In this document: positions 10,058 through 21,251 of the stretch, piece by piece
Numbering within the stretch: the stretch's first letter is position 1
How the letters are laid out: every line of letters begins with the position of its first letter
NCBI GenBank assembly: GCA_947502765.1
Contig: CANNBA010000006.1
Coordinates: forward strand, 38,861-102,860
DNA: 64,000 nucleotides
DNA from: Flavobacteriales bacterium
GTDB taxonomy: Bacteria; Bacteroidota; Bacteroidia; Flavobacteriales; BACL11
Direction: 5' to 3'
Position numbers and translations under genes: made by a program
The notes under the pieces: generated by a model
Seen by the model: only the letters and a program-made list of their open reading frames with translations
Database searches by the model: none
Told to the model about the DNA's origin: nothing

Positions 10058-10866
10058 GCTGTATTCTTTTTTTGATTTTTAATAACTCTTGCTGATATTT
10101 TTATGCTTATTTCATAAAGCACAATTAAGGGCAATGATACTAAAATTTGTGAAGTAACATCTGGAGGGGTGATAATAGCTGCCAAAATAAGTATTACCAC
10201 TATTGCGTGTTTACGATAAACGCGCATAAACTCAGGTGTCAGCAAGCCAATCTTAGTTAAGAAATACACCAATATAGGTAACTCAAAAATTATTCCATTT
10301 GCAAAACTAACAGTTGTAACTGTGGATATAAATGAACTTAACGTTATCTGATTAGCAACAGTACTGCTTACTTGATAGGATCCTAAGAAGTTTACCGATA
10401 ATGGAGCAATTACATAATAGCCAAACAAAACACCAAGCAGAAATAAAACAGAACTGAAAAAAACAATTCCTCTTGCCATTGTGCTTTCATTAACATGTAA
10501 AGCCGGGCGAATAAAACGCCAAAACTCCCAAAAAACATATGGAAAAGCTACTATAAAACCTGCAAAAATAGAAGTAGTAACATGAGTAGAAAACTGCCCA
10601 CTCATAGTAATATTCATTAAAGTAAAAGGAGATTCTTTAAGGCAAAGAGCATCTTCTAATCCTAAATATTGAGATATTGCACAAAGAGCTTTATAAGTTG
10701 GGAAGTTAGGGTCTTTAGGACCTAAAAGAATTACATCAAAAACGATATCTTTAAATATAAAGGCAATGATTGCAAAAAATAATACAGCTATAACTGATCG
10801 TATTAAGTGCCATCTGAATATTTCCAAATGATCTAAAAAAGACATTTCTTTGTCCTGATTACTCAT
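10054..10866 (-). CDS. tatC: Twin-arginine translocase subunit TatC
   Basis: 270 aa with six TM segments and an N-terminal [17 protein letters not shown] TatC signature. Confidence 0.9.
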   Translation of the reverse strand: MSNQDKEMSFLDHLEIFRWHLIRSVIAVLFFAIIAFIFKDIVFDVILLGPKDPNFPTYKALCAISQYLGLEDALCLKESPFTLMNITMSGQFSTHVTTSIFAGFIVAFPYVFWEFWRFIRPALHVNESTMARGIVFFSSVLFLLGVLFGYYVIAPLSVNFLGSYQVSSTVANQITLSSFISTVTTVSFANGIIFELPILVYFLTKIGLLTPEFMRVYRKHAIVVILILAAIITPPDVTSQILVSLPLIVLYEISIKISARVIKNQKKNTA

Positions 10867-11831
10867 TATAGAATCCCCTCTTTTAATAGTTCATGGATAT
10901 GTACAATTCCAACATAAACATCCTTGTCCATCACAATTATTTGGCTAATATTATTGTTTTCCATAATTTGTAATGCATCATAAGCCAAACCATTAACAGC
11001 AATTGTTTTTGGATTTGAACTCATAATATCTTTTGCTGATAAATTGGAGAAAGCAATTCCTTTTTCTAACATTCTTCTCAAATCTCCATCAGTAATAATA
11101 CCTTCTAATTTTTCATTTTTAAGGACAGCTGTAGCTCCTAATCTTTTTTGAGAAATCTCAATAATTACTTCATTAATAGTTGCATTTACATCAACTTTAG
11201 GATTACTGTTATCTGATAAAATATCCGCTAATTTTAAATACAGTCTTTTTCCAAGAGTACCTCCTGGATGAAAACGAGCAAAATCTTTATCCGAAAAATC
11301 TTTACACGCTAATAAACTAACAGCAATAGCATCTCCCATTACAAGTTGAGCCGTAGTGGAGGATGTTGGGGCTAAATTATTTGGACATGCTTCTTTATCC
11401 ACACTTACGTCTAATGTAAAATCAGATTCTTTTGCTAAAAAAGATTTTGGATTTCCTGTTAATGCAATAATCTTATTGCCCATACTTTTAATAAACGGGA
11501 CAAGTACTTTAACCTCAGGGGTATTTCCACTTTTCGAAATACAAATTACCACATCTCCATCTTGAATATTGCCTAAATCGCCATGTATTGCATCAGCAGC
11601 ATGTAGGAAAACAGCTGGTTGTCCTGTAGAATTAAATGTAGCAACCATCTTACTTGCAATATTAGCACTCTTGCCAATCCCAGCAACTATCAGTCGTCCT
11701 TTTGTGTTAATAATCAAATTGATAACACTTACAAAATCATCATTAATACTGCTCTCAAGTTTTGCTATTGCAGCTAATTCTAAAGCAATTGTTTCTTTTG
11801 CAATTTTTTTTATCTCGGATGAGGATTTCAT
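10866..11831 (-). CDS. kpsF: Arabinose-5-phosphate isomerase (KpsF/KdsD; SIS plus tandem CBS domains)
   Basis: SIS motif GIGKSANIA and C-terminal CBS pairs. I chose the start at ATG 11831 (MKSSSEIKK), which removes the overlap with recQ that the longer track ORF creates. Confidence 0.9.
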   Translation of the reverse strand: MKSSSEIKKIAKETIALELAAIAKLESSINDDFVSVINLIINTKGRLIVAGIGKSANIASKMVATFNSTGQPAVFLHAADAIHGDLGNIQDGDVVICISKSGNTPEVKVLVPFIKSMGNKIIALTGNPKSFLAKESDFTLDVSVDKEACPNNLAPTSSTTAQLVMGDAIAVSLLACKDFSDKDFARFHPGGTLGKRLYLKLADILSDNSNPKVDVNATINEVIIEISQKRLGATAVLKNEKLEGIITDGDLRRMLEKGIAFSNLSAKDIMSSNPKTIAVNGLAYDALQIMENNNISQIIVMDKDVYVGIVHIHELLKEGIL

Positions 11832-11867
11832 AAAATAAAATAGTATTTTCGTGTAAAAAACCAAAAA

Positions 11868-11875
11868 CAAAAGTA
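11868..11875 (-). promoter_or_regulatory. -7 promoter box TACTTTTG upstream of kpsF
   Basis: Plus-strand caaaagta is an exact TAnnTTTG on the minus strand, 36 nt upstream of ATG 11831. Confidence 0.5.
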
Positions 11876-11893
11876 TCACATTTTTATAATTTA

Positions 11894-14077
11894 ATGAGCA
11901 TTTCAACACAAACACTACACAAACAACTTAAGGATATCTTTGGCTACAATAGTTTTAGAGCAGACCAAGAAGAAATAATCATGAATCTTCTTGATGGCAA
12001 TGATTCCATGGTAATTATGCCAACTGGAGGAGGAAAATCAATGTGCTATCAATTACCTGCGCTTCTCTCAGAGGGTTGTGCTATTATAGTTTCTCCTTTA
12101 ATAGCACTTATGAAAAATCAAGTTGATGTACTCAGAGGCCATTATAACAATGAGAGTATCGCCCATGTCCTCAACTCATCATTATCAAAAACAGAAACTG
12201 CACAGGTTAAAAAAGATATTACCAGTGGAAAAACCAAACTACTCTATGTCGCTCCTGAATCATTAGTAAAAACTGAGAATACTGATTTCTTTAAAGCTGC
12301 TAAAGTTTCATTCTATGCAATTGATGAGGCTCACTGCATCTCTGAGTGGGGACATGATTTTAGACCAGAATACCGAAAACTTAGGCAAATTATAAATGCT
12401 ATTGGCAAAGCTCCTATTATTGCCCTTACAGCTACTGCAACACCTAAAGTTAGACAAGACATTATAAAAAACCTTCAAATTGATAAAGGAAAATTATTTC
12501 TTGATTCATTTAATAGAAGCAATCTTTTTTATGAAATTCAACCCAAAAAAGATGTTGCCAAGCAAATCATACAGTATATAAACAATCGAAAAGGAGAATC
12601 AGGAGTTATTTACTGCTTAAGCAGAAAAAAAGTAGAAGAAATAGCCGAGATTTTACAAATTAATGGAATAAATGCCTTACCTTATCATGCTGGGCTAGAT
12701 TCAAAAAAGAGAGTTGAGCATCAAGATGCATTTTTAATGGATGATTGTGCTGTAATGGTAGCTACAATTGCTTTTGGTATGGGAATTGATAAACCAGATA
12801 TTAGATTTGTAATACACCATGATATACCTAAAAGTTTAGAAGGGTATTATCAAGAAACTGGAAGGGCTGGAAGAGATGGAGGAAAAGGGGACTTGATTAC
12901 TTTTTATGATTATAAAGACATTGAAAAGTTAGAAAACTTCTTGCAAGGAAAGCCTGTTGCAGAGCAAGAAGTTGGTCGTTTGCTTATTATGGAAACCATC
13001 GCCTTCTCCGAAACCTCTATGTGTAGAAGAAAGTACCTTCTTTATTATTTTGGAGAAGAATTTGATGCTCAAAATTGCAATGAAATGTGTGATAATTGCA
13101 AAAATCCTAAACCAAAAATTGAAGGAAAACAATACGTAAAACTATTATTAGACGCTATTGAAGGTTCACATGAAAGATTCAAGCCAAAAGAATTAGCAAA
13201 AATAATGATGGGAGAAAGCAATTCTCTTATCAAACAAAACATACACCAATTAGAAGATGTTTTTGGTAGTGGGGATGAAAAATCACTAAGCTTTTGGCAT
13301 GCAGTAATTCGTCAGGCCTATGTAAAAAAATTAATCATAAAAGAGATTGAAAGTTACGGTATCGTTAAATTAACTGATGCAGGGCGAGAATTCATGAAAA
13401 CCCCTTATAGTTTTGAAATCATGCTAGATCATGAATATGACGAAACTTCAGAAACAGAATCTGGAGGAGAAAAAGCAGCAGCAGCAGATGAGGTGCTATT
13501 TAATATTCTAAAAGATATAAGAAAGAAATTGGCGAAAGAAATTGGACTTCCTCCAGCAATTATTTTTACTGAACCCTCACTCATTGATATGGCAAATCAC
13601 TATCCAATTAATATGGAAGAAATGTCAAAAATTCAAGGAGTTGGGATTGGAAAAGCCAAAAAATATGGTAAAAACTTTATTGAGGAAATCAGTAAATATG
13701 TTGAAGAAAATGAAATTATAAGACCTCAAGATTTTTCAGTTAGAACTATAGCCAACAAATCCTCAAGTAAAATCTATATCATTCAGTCATTGGACAAAAA
13801 ACTGGCTATTGATGATATTGCAAATGGCAAAGGATTGTCTAGTGATGAATTACTTGAAGAAATGGAAGAAATTGTAGAGGCAGGAACTCGGCTTAATCTT
13901 GATCACATTATATTAGACATGATAGATCAAGAGGAGCGAGAAGAAATTCATAACTTTTTTAAAGAAACTGAAAAGTTTTCATTTGATGAGGCAAGAGTTG
14001 AGTTTGAAGAAAAAGTATTTTCTGATGATGAAATTAGACTTTTAAGAATTGATTTTATTTCTCAAGTAGCGAATTAG
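11894..14077 (+). CDS. recQ: ATP-dependent DNA helicase RecQ
   Basis: 727 aa with MPTGGGKS (motif I), DEAHCISEWGHDFRPEY (DEAH box), a Zn-binding Cys cluster (CRRK..CDNC) and a C-terminal HRDC-like region. Confidence 0.95.
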   Translation: MSISTQTLHKQLKDIFGYNSFRADQEEIIMNLLDGNDSMVIMPTGGGKSMCYQLPALLSEGCAIIVSPLIALMKNQVDVLRGHYNNESIAHVLNSSLSKTETAQVKKDITSGKTKLLYVAPESLVKTENTDFFKAAKVSFYAIDEAHCISEWGHDFRPEYRKLRQIINAIGKAPIIALTATATPKVRQDIIKNLQIDKGKLFLDSFNRSNLFYEIQPKKDVAKQIIQYINNRKGESGVIYCLSRKKVEEIAEILQINGINALPYHAGLDSKKRVEHQDAFLMDDCAVMVATIAFGMGIDKPDIRFVIHHDIPKSLEGYYQETGRAGRDGGKGDLITFYDYKDIEKLENFLQGKPVAEQEVGRLLIMETIAFSETSMCRRKYLLYYFGEEFDAQNCNEMCDNCKNPKPKIEGKQYVKLLLDAIEGSHERFKPKELAKIMMGESNSLIKQNIHQLEDVFGSGDEKSLSFWHAVIRQAYVKKLIIKEIESYGIVKLTDAGREFMKTPYSFEIMLDHEYDETSETESGGEKAAAADEVLFNILKDIRKKLAKEIGLPPAIIFTEPSLIDMANHYPINMEEMSKIQGVGIGKAKKYGKNFIEEISKYVEENEIIRPQDFSVRTIANKSSSKIYIIQSLDKKLAIDDIANGKGLSSDELLEEMEEIVEAGTRLNLDHIILDMIDQEEREEIHNFFKETEKFSFDEARVEFEEKVFSDDEIRLLRIDFISQVAN

Positions 14078-14082
14078 AAGCA

Positions 14083-14598
14083 ATGAAAACTTTAATTTTA
14101 TCAAGTTCCTTATCTAAAAATTCACGCTCCTTTATTCTATGTAATGAAGTTTCAAAAAGCCTCTCAAAAAAAGGTGTTGACTGTACTATTGTAGATGCAA
14201 GATATATTCCAATGCGTCCTAAACACTATGAACTCACTTCTGAAATGGAGGCTTTTGCTGATCAGATAAAAGAAACTGACAACATAATTATTGGCATGGG
14301 AGTCCATTGTTATAGCGTAAATGATTCTTTAAAAATATTATTAGATACGTGTTTTTCAAATGCTACAGCAAAATTCTATGGAATATTATGTGCCGCAGGA
14401 GGAGAGAGAAGTTATTTATCTACTATGCATCTAACTCAAATATGCATGAACGAATGGCGGATGATCCAATTGCCAAGAATAGTCTATGCAACCGGCAAAG
14501 ATTTTAAAGAAGATTGCATCTTATCAACTGAATTATTGGAAAGAATAGCCCTTTTTTCAGAAGAATTCCACTCAATAGGTAATAAATTATTGGCCTAA
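14083..14598 (+). CDS. NAD(P)H-dependent FMN reductase-like oxidoreductase
   Basis: 171 aa flavodoxin-like protein with N-terminal MKTLILSSSLSKNSRS, typical of this family. Confidence 0.6.
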   Translation: MKTLILSSSLSKNSRSFILCNEVSKSLSKKGVDCTIVDARYIPMRPKHYELTSEMEAFADQIKETDNIIIGMGVHCYSVNDSLKILLDTCFSNATAKFYGILCAAGGERSYLSTMHLTQICMNEWRMIQLPRIVYATGKDFKEDCILSTELLERIALFSEEFHSIGNKLLA

Positions 14599-15764
14599 TT
14601 TTTAATAGCTAAATAAGCCATAAGTCCCATCCCAATTTTTAAAGCATTCTCATCAATATCAAAACGAGAAGTATGTAATCCGTATGTAATTCCTTTTGAG
14701 CTATTAGCCGTACCTAAGCGGTAAAAACAAGAAGGAACTTCATTACAATAATATGCAAAATCCTCTGCTGTCATCCTTAGAGAAAGATCAAGTACGTTCT
14801 CTTTCCCCATATATTCTTTAGCATAAGTAATGGCCTTATTTGTTAATGCTTCATCATTATGTAAAGATGGATATCCTCTAAAAACCTGAAAATTGATATC
14901 AAGAGCACATTCTTTGGCAATCTTATTTGCAATTTCTTGCATTTGCAAATGTGCTGAACTTCTAAACTCTTCATCAATGGTTCGGAAAGTTCCTTTTAGC
15001 TCAACTTCATTTGGAATTACATTACAATATCCATTTGCCTCTACAAAACCTATTGCAAAAACAGCAGGAATATTACGATAAGACAAAAAATGATCATCTA
15101 AACAAGTAATTAATTTTGCTGCAGCAATGATAGGACTATTGTAAGTTTCTGGTAGTGCTGCATGGCCACCAAAACCAGTAATAGTTATGTGAATCTCATC
15201 AGCTGACGCCATGTATTTGCCAGGGCAGAAACCAACTTTTCCTACTTCTAAATCAGGGAATACGTGTTGCCCAAACATTTTTTGAACTTTTGGATTCTCC
15301 AAAACTCCTTCCTTTATCATTTGCTGTGCTCCTCCAGGATATTGCTCTTCAGCTGGCTGAAAGATAAATTTTATACTCCCCTCCCATTCTTTGCTTAAAG
15401 CATCTAATATTTTCACAGCACCTAACAAAGAGGCCGTATGAGCATCATGCCCACAAGCATGCATTACTCCTTTATTTTGAGAACAATATTCAACATTATT
15501 CTCTTCAATAATTGGCAAAGCATCAAAATCAGCACGCAAAGCAAGTGTTTTTGAATTTGGATTATTACCTTCCAATAAAACTACTATAGCGGTATCTGCA
15601 ATATTCTCAGTAAAAGGAATTTTCCAACTCTTTAAAATAGATTTTATATAAGCTGAAGTCTCATGTTCCTTAAACGAAAGCTCAGGATTTTTATGAATAT
15701 GCCTTCTAATAGCAACAACATCATCAAAAATATTTTCGGCTAATTCTTTAATCTTTTGTATCAT
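14595..15764 (-). CDS. M20 family amidohydrolase (N-acyl-L-amino-acid amidohydrolase / hippuricase type)
   Basis: 389 aa with IRRHIHKNPELSFKEHETS and ACGHDAHTA metal-binding motifs. Confidence 0.85.
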   Translation of the reverse strand: MIQKIKELAENIFDDVVAIRRHIHKNPELSFKEHETSAYIKSILKSWKIPFTENIADTAIVVLLEGNNPNSKTLALRADFDALPIIEENNVEYCSQNKGVMHACGHDAHTASLLGAVKILDALSKEWEGSIKFIFQPAEEQYPGGAQQMIKEGVLENPKVQKMFGQHVFPDLEVGKVGFCPGKYMASADEIHITITGFGGHAALPETYNSPIIAAAKLITCLDDHFLSYRNIPAVFAIGFVEANGYCNVIPNEVELKGTFRTIDEEFRSSAHLQMQEIANKIAKECALDINFQVFRGYPSLHNDEALTNKAITYAKEYMGKENVLDLSLRMTAEDFAYYCNEVPSCFYRLGTANSSKGITYGLHTSRFDIDENALKIGMGLMAYLAIKN

Positions 15765-15834
15765 TTTGAAAAGCTAAGTTGTATCGCACCTATTTGTATA
15801 AATATTAAACAAAAAAATTAAACTATTTATAGTA

Positions 15835-15842
15835 CAAATGTA
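15835..15842 (-). promoter_or_regulatory. -7 promoter box TACATTTG upstream of the M20 amidohydrolase gene
   Basis: Plus-strand caaatgta is an exact TAnnTTTG on the minus strand, 70 nt upstream of ATG 15764. Confidence 0.4.
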
Positions 15843-15901
15843 AAAAAGGAATTGTCAGTAAAGGCATGCTAAAAGAGATAATTTTATATTACTAATTAAC
15901 A

Positions 15902-15909
15902 TACATTTG
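15902..15909 (+). promoter_or_regulatory. -7 promoter box TACATTTG upstream of the MBL-fold hydrolase gene
   Basis: Exact TAnnTTTG match, 32 nt before ATG 15942, with an A-rich leader. Confidence 0.55.
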
Positions 15910-15941
15910 CAACTCACAAAAAGCAGAAAGCAGAAAAAATC

Positions 15942-16580
15942 ATGAAGATTAAATCCTTTACCTTTAATCCTTTTCAAGAAAATACTTATGTCATTTATGA
16001 TGAAACTAAAGAATGTATCATTATTGACCCTGGATGCTATACTAATGAGGAAAAAAAGATACTGAATCAATTTATAATTAATGAAGAACTAAAACCTGTA
16101 AAACTCATTAATACTCATTGCCATATTGATCATATACTAGGAAATAAATTTACCAGCGAGCAGTGGGACATACAATTATACATGCATAAAGAAGATTTGC
16201 CTCTGCTGGAGAATGCAGCCAAAATTGGAAAAATGTATGATTTGGAAAATTATGAAGGATCTCCTTATCCAAAACATTTTTTAGATCAGGGGGATACACT
16301 TACTTTTGGAAAAAGTAGTTTTGAAATTCTATTTACTCCGGGTCATGCTCCTGGACATATTTGCCTTTACAGCAAAGAAAATAATTTACTTATAGCTGGG
16401 GATCTTATTTTTCAAAGAAGTATAGGGCGTACTGATTTGCCAGGTGGAGATTACGACACTTTAATTCAAAGCATAATTGGCAAACTATTTCCATTGCCCA
16501 ACGAAACACAAATATTTTGTGGACACGGACCTACTACCAATTTAGGATATGAAAAAGAAAACAATCCCTTTTTACAGTAA
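15942..16580 (+). CDS. MBL-fold metallo-hydrolase (glyoxalase II-like)
   Basis: 212 aa with a THCHIDH metal-binding motif and a later GH..GH pair. Confidence 0.85.
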   Translation: MKIKSFTFNPFQENTYVIYDETKECIIIDPGCYTNEEKKILNQFIINEELKPVKLINTHCHIDHILGNKFTSEQWDIQLYMHKEDLPLLENAAKIGKMYDLENYEGSPYPKHFLDQGDTLTFGKSSFEILFTPGHAPGHICLYSKENNLLIAGDLIFQRSIGRTDLPGGDYDTLIQSIIGKLFPLPNETQIFCGHGPTTNLGYEKENNPFLQ

Positions 16581-16608
16581 GAAATAGCTAAGAAATCCCT
16601 TTCTAAAA

Positions 16609-17823
16609 TTATTTTTTTCTTTCATAATCTTTTATCAAAAGAGAATACATAAAAACCCCAAAAGCATACAAAACAGCAGTTATATAAAAAATATGAGCAT
16701 AAGGCAATCCTTCTGCTTTTAAGAATCTAAATATTTGCGAACTGAAAAACCAACTCCCACTCCATATAGCAGCTATAATTGCGCTTAACATTTCTTGATT
16801 TTTTGCTCCTACATAATTCATAGTAAGTTCAGAAGTCATAGGAGCAGCCATATTCATTAAGGGTGTGCGCACCCAATAACACATTATTGCTAAAGGAAGT
16901 CCCCACCAGTAATCCTTAAAAAACTCAGTTGTAGCTAATGCAACTAAAGCGATAACAGCAATCGTTTGAACATAAGTTATTCCTTTTTGGAACCCCAACT
17001 TACTTTTTAAATTAGGCACTAATAATGATAAAATAGCCACTAAAATACTTGCAATTCCTCCTATAACAGCAAATCCTGAAGAATCTATTTGAAAATTATG
17101 AAAGAAAAATAAGTTAATAAATGGAATGGTTAATCCAGCTCCAACTGCAATAATTAAAGTTGGAACAATGGCTTTCATAAGCAAAACCCAATCATAGGAT
17201 TTCCATTGCAAGCGTTCTTTAACAGACTCTACCACATCCACCTTCATTTTTAATACATAATACACTCCTATAAAGCCAAGAATTGATATTCCAAGTAATA
17301 TCTTACCTTCATCAAATTCTCTCATAAATTGACCAGCACCAAAAATGATGAATCCACTAAAAATAGTCCCAAAACTATTAGTGGCGTAGTTTAATGAAAT
17401 AGCATGTGATTGATTTTCAATAATTGTATTGCGCATTAAATAAGGTAAAGAACATACTTGGAATAACGTAAATACAACCCCCCAAAGGATAAATAATGCA
17501 GGCAAATACTGATACCAACCATAGTGCACCAAAAGAATAAGTACAATAGCAACTATTGGGACTCCCAATCCACCTATCATAAAAAAAGGTTTGAGAGGTT
17601 TTCCTTTTATATAAATTCCCAAAGGAAATGCCAATAACATAACCGCTAAAAAACGATAGGAAATAAAATTAGCTATTTCAGGATCAGAAAAACCCTTTTT
17701 TGCCAAATAGATGTTTAAAATTAAGAAAAAAGCGGCACCAATTAATTGAATAAAAAATTCTGCTTTTATCATTAAAAGAACATGTTCTTCTAATTGCAAG
17801 TATCGCTTAATAACTTTTTTCAA
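16609..17823 (-). CDS. MFS transporter
   Basis: 404 aa with about 12 predicted TM helices and no other motif recognised. Confidence 0.7.
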   Translation of the reverse strand: MKKVIKRYLQLEEHVLLMIKAEFFIQLIGAAFFLILNIYLAKKGFSDPEIANFISYRFLAVMLLAFPLGIYIKGKPLKPFFMIGGLGVPIVAIVLILLVHYGWYQYLPALFILWGVVFTLFQVCSLPYLMRNTIIENQSHAISLNYATNSFGTIFSGFIIFGAGQFMREFDEGKILLGISILGFIGVYYVLKMKVDVVESVKERLQWKSYDWVLLMKAIVPTLIIAVGAGLTIPFINLFFFHNFQIDSSGFAVIGGIASILVAILSLLVPNLKSKLGFQKGITYVQTIAVIALVALATTEFFKDYWWGLPLAIMCYWVRTPLMNMAAPMTSELTMNYVGAKNQEMLSAIIAAIWSGSWFFSSQIFRFLKAEGLPYAHIFYITAVLYAFGVFMYSLLIKDYERKK

Positions 17824-17840
17824 ATCAAATCATGTGTCTC

Positions 17841-18149
17841 TTAGAACTCCTCTATCACCTCCATAATAGTGCGAAAGGCAACTGCTTTATCGCCATAACG
17901 GGCTATATGTTTTTGTTGCAACTCAGGAGAGAATTTGATTTGATAGTGATGTAAATCCTTCATGCTGGAGCAGGAGTAAGCAATAGCAAAAGTATTATTA
18001 CTATCCCCCTGGGCAATAACTCGATTTATTTGAGCTTTATTAAAAACGCCACAAGCCATCACCTCAGGAATATGCTCCGTTTTCATCCAATTTAACCAAT
18101 CGGCTTTAATACTTTCTTCAACACTTACAGTAACATTATAAATTATCAT
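17841..18149 (-). CDS. DUF4286 family protein
   Basis: 102 aa. MIIYNVTVSVEESIKADWLNWMKTEHIPEV matches my recollection of the DUF4286 N-terminus. Confidence 0.6.
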   Translation of the reverse strand: MIIYNVTVSVEESIKADWLNWMKTEHIPEVMACGVFNKAQINRVIAQGDSNNTFAIAYSCSSMKDLHHYQIKFSPELQQKHIARYGDKAVAFRTIMEVIEEF

Positions 18150-19951
18150 TACTCGTCTTTTAAATTATTTCCTCTTAAATCTCTGAATCGTTTTCGCGAT
18201 TCTGCAACATAAATACTACTGTTGTGCTCTAATAAAATTTGCTCATATAATTTCATGGCTTTTTCAGAATCTTTTAAAATAGTATCATATATTTTTGCTC
18301 TTTTGTAAAGAGCATCATCAGCCAAAATATCATAACTCCAATCTGCTTCTATTTTTTCATAATTAGCTAAAGCGTCTTCAACTTTTCCATTATTCAAATA
18401 AATAGCTGCCTTTCTCATATAAATTTCATCTGATAATGAATGTCCTGGAAATGCAATTAATACTGAATCGTATTTTAGTATTGCCTCATCATATTTTTGT
18501 TGATAATGAAGCAAATCAGCATTGGCAAAAACGCGCATTGAGATTTCAGTAGTATCTAAATTAAAATTATCAGTTATTAATAATGACAACTCCATTGCAT
18601 TATTAGCAATCAGCTTAGATGTAGATGCTTTCAAAGTTCCCAATTGTGCTTGTGCCCACTGAAAATCACCTTGGTAATAAGATATTTTAGCTATTCTTAA
18701 CTTAGCTTCATGCCCTATAGGATGTTCTTTAAGATCTTTCTCAACTTGAGCGTAATATAACATTGACTCCCAAATATCTCCTTGTAACAATAACACATCC
18801 GCATACTCCATTTTACATTCTGCCAAGTCATAATTATCAATCCCCGGAATTCCCATAGCATCCTGAAGCAAACTCTCAGCAGCTGTTAGATCATGCAAAT
18901 AAAAAGCTTTAAAATGTGCGTAATTAGATAAAAGAATAACAGTCTCCTTTTTTATGCCTAAATCAGTTACTATTTTTTTATACTCTTTATCTAAAATGCT
19001 CACATCCTGATTTTTAATAGTCATACTTTTAGTTAAAGCATATAACTTATTGATATTAGCCTCAACAAAAAGAGGGTTTTGTTTTCCCTTTGCAATCACA
19101 TAATCATAAGCATCTACAGCTAACTCAAAATATTCTTTATCTAAGAAGGACTCTGCTAAATCATACACTGCTTCTCCATCTGAAATTATTCGTTTATCCA
19201 AAGCTTTAGCCTGAATCAATGCCATATTAAACTGATGATTTTGCATAAAAAGCCAAATTAACATTTCTGTGAAATCTGTTCTTTGCTGTTCGACTCTCAC
19301 TTTTAGTAATAATAATTTCTTTACTAACTCATAATTCTTATCACTTTTAATCCCATCATTATCCAAAAATCTTTGGATTTGAGATGTAACCATTTGCTTT
19401 TGTCCAGGATTTCTCTCCATCTCATCTAAATACTCTTTAATCATCAAGTCTACCTCTTCAATTTTTGCGAAAAGTTGTGCTTTTTCCATCCCAAAATTAT
19501 TCTGGGGATTTATTTTTTCAGATAATTTATACAAATCAAGAGCTTTTTGATAGATTTCATGTCTAGTAAAAGTATTGGCTAAATTTATTGTTTGTGAGCG
19601 CTCTCCATCAAATTTTTTGAGAAGTAGCCCGTAAGCAATATCTGCTTTTTTAATATTCCCAGATTTTTCTTGAGCAATTATAACTCCCAATTGATAGTGT
19701 AATTCTTTAGGATATTTTTTAACCAGTTTCTTAGCTAAATCTTCTGCTTGCTTATATTTCTCCAATTTTAAAAGAGAAGTATAGTAAGGCTCGTAATAAG
19801 CTACTGAAAAATGGGAATTCATCAACTCCTCATATAGAGCAATTGCTTTTTCATATTCTCCATTAATATAATACTGATATGCTATTTGCTGATTACTTTG
19901 CTGGGAAAAAGCAAGAGTAGAAATTAGTAAAAATACTACTAGTAAACGCAT
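18149..19951 (-). CDS. Tetratricopeptide-repeat protein (secreted)
   Basis: 600 aa with a signal peptide (LAFSQQ) and many TPR-like A..Y/L..G.Y..A helices. Confidence 0.7.
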   Translation of the reverse strand: MRLLVVFLLISTLAFSQQSNQQIAYQYYINGEYEKAIALYEELMNSHFSVAYYEPYYTSLLKLEKYKQAEDLAKKLVKKYPKELHYQLGVIIAQEKSGNIKKADIAYGLLLKKFDGERSQTINLANTFTRHEIYQKALDLYKLSEKINPQNNFGMEKAQLFAKIEEVDLMIKEYLDEMERNPGQKQMVTSQIQRFLDNDGIKSDKNYELVKKLLLLKVRVEQQRTDFTEMLIWLFMQNHQFNMALIQAKALDKRIISDGEAVYDLAESFLDKEYFELAVDAYDYVIAKGKQNPLFVEANINKLYALTKSMTIKNQDVSILDKEYKKIVTDLGIKKETVILLSNYAHFKAFYLHDLTAAESLLQDAMGIPGIDNYDLAECKMEYADVLLLQGDIWESMLYYAQVEKDLKEHPIGHEAKLRIAKISYYQGDFQWAQAQLGTLKASTSKLIANNAMELSLLITDNFNLDTTEISMRVFANADLLHYQQKYDEAILKYDSVLIAFPGHSLSDEIYMRKAAIYLNNGKVEDALANYEKIEADWSYDILADDALYKRAKIYDTILKDSEKAMKLYEQILLEHNSSIYVAESRKRFRDLRGNNLKDE

Positions 19952-21217
19952 TTATTTTATAATATCAAATCCTGTATAAGGCTGTAATGCCTTTGGTATT
20001 TTTACTCCATCAGGAGTTTGATTGTTCTCAATAAGAGCAGCATAAATTCTTGGCAAAGCTAAAGCACTTCCATTTAAAGTATGACAAAGCTGAGTCTTGC
20101 CATTTTCATCTTTATATCTTAACTTTAATCGATTCGCTTGATAACTTTCAAAATTAGAAACGGAACTTACCTCTAGCCATTTTTCTTGACCCGCTGAATA
20201 TACTTCAAAATCAAAAGTAAGTGAAGAAGTAAAACTTAAATCGCCACCACACAATTGCAATATTCTGTAAGGCAATTCCAATTCATCTAAAATACTGGCA
20301 ACATGATTAACCATAGCATCCAAAGTCTCGTACGATTTTTCAGGATGCTGAATCTGAACAATTTCTACTTTATCAAATTGATGCAATCGATTTAAACCCC
20401 TTACATCTTTACCGTATGAACCTGCTTCACGCCTAAAACAAGGAGTATAGGCCGTACATTTAATTGGGAAATCTTTTACAATTACATCTCTAAAAAAGTT
20501 AGTTACCGGAACCTCAGCTGTTGGTATTAAATATAAATCATCCTCAGTTACATGATACATTTGCCCTTCTTTGTCTGGCAACTGCCCTGTACCAAATCCT
20601 GAAGCTGCATTTACTAAATGAGGAGGCAAATATTCCGTATAACCTGCAGCAATATTTTTATCTAAAAAATAAGCAATTAATGCTCTTTGTAATCTTGCTC
20701 CTTTATTAGTATAAACAGGAAAGCCTGCCCCAGAAATTTTATTTCCTAATTCAAAATCAATTAAACTATACTTAGAAGTTAATTCCCAATGGGGCTTAGC
20801 TCCAGACATTAAAGTAGGAATTTTTCCTGATTCTTTAATTGTTATATTATCAGTATCGGACTTACCTGCATGAACTGAAGAATGTGGAATATTTGGAATT
20901 TGGACTAAAATATTTTGAATCTCGTTTTCTAATTCTGCTTGTTTGTGTTGCAGTGCTTTTGATTCTTCTTTAATACGTGATGATTCTTCTTTCAGAGCAT
21001 TTGCTTCTTGCGACTTACCCCTTTTGTACAGTTCTCCAATTTGGATTGCCAATTGATTTCCTTTAGCTAAAAATTCGTCTGCCTTTTGCTGAGTTGATTT
21101 TCTTTCATCATCTAAAGAAATTACAGCATTGAATAGCTCAGTGGCATCCATATTTTTTACTTTTAATAAAGTAATATAGGCTTCTTTATTATCTCTTATC
21201 TTATTTATATGTAACAT
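19952..21217 (-). CDS. serS: Seryl-tRNA synthetase
   Basis: 421 aa with an N-terminal coiled-coil arm and class II motifs (FRREAGS, GSALALPR). Confidence 0.95.
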   Translation of the reverse strand: MLHINKIRDNKEAYITLLKVKNMDATELFNAVISLDDERKSTQQKADEFLAKGNQLAIQIGELYKRGKSQEANALKEESSRIKEESKALQHKQAELENEIQNILVQIPNIPHSSVHAGKSDTDNITIKESGKIPTLMSGAKPHWELTSKYSLIDFELGNKISGAGFPVYTNKGARLQRALIAYFLDKNIAAGYTEYLPPHLVNAASGFGTGQLPDKEGQMYHVTEDDLYLIPTAEVPVTNFFRDVIVKDFPIKCTAYTPCFRREAGSYGKDVRGLNRLHQFDKVEIVQIQHPEKSYETLDAMVNHVASILDELELPYRILQLCGGDLSFTSSLTFDFEVYSAGQEKWLEVSSVSNFESYQANRLKLRYKDENGKTQLCHTLNGSALALPRIYAALIENNQTPDGVKIPKALQPYTGFDIIK

Positions 21218-21243
21218 CTTCTTATTTTACTTGGAATGAGGAA

Positions 21244-21251
21244 CAAATATA
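21244..21251 (-). promoter_or_regulatory. -7 promoter box TATATTTG upstream of serS
   Basis: Plus-strand caaatata is an exact TAnnTTTG on the minus strand, 26 nt upstream of ATG 21217. Confidence 0.5.
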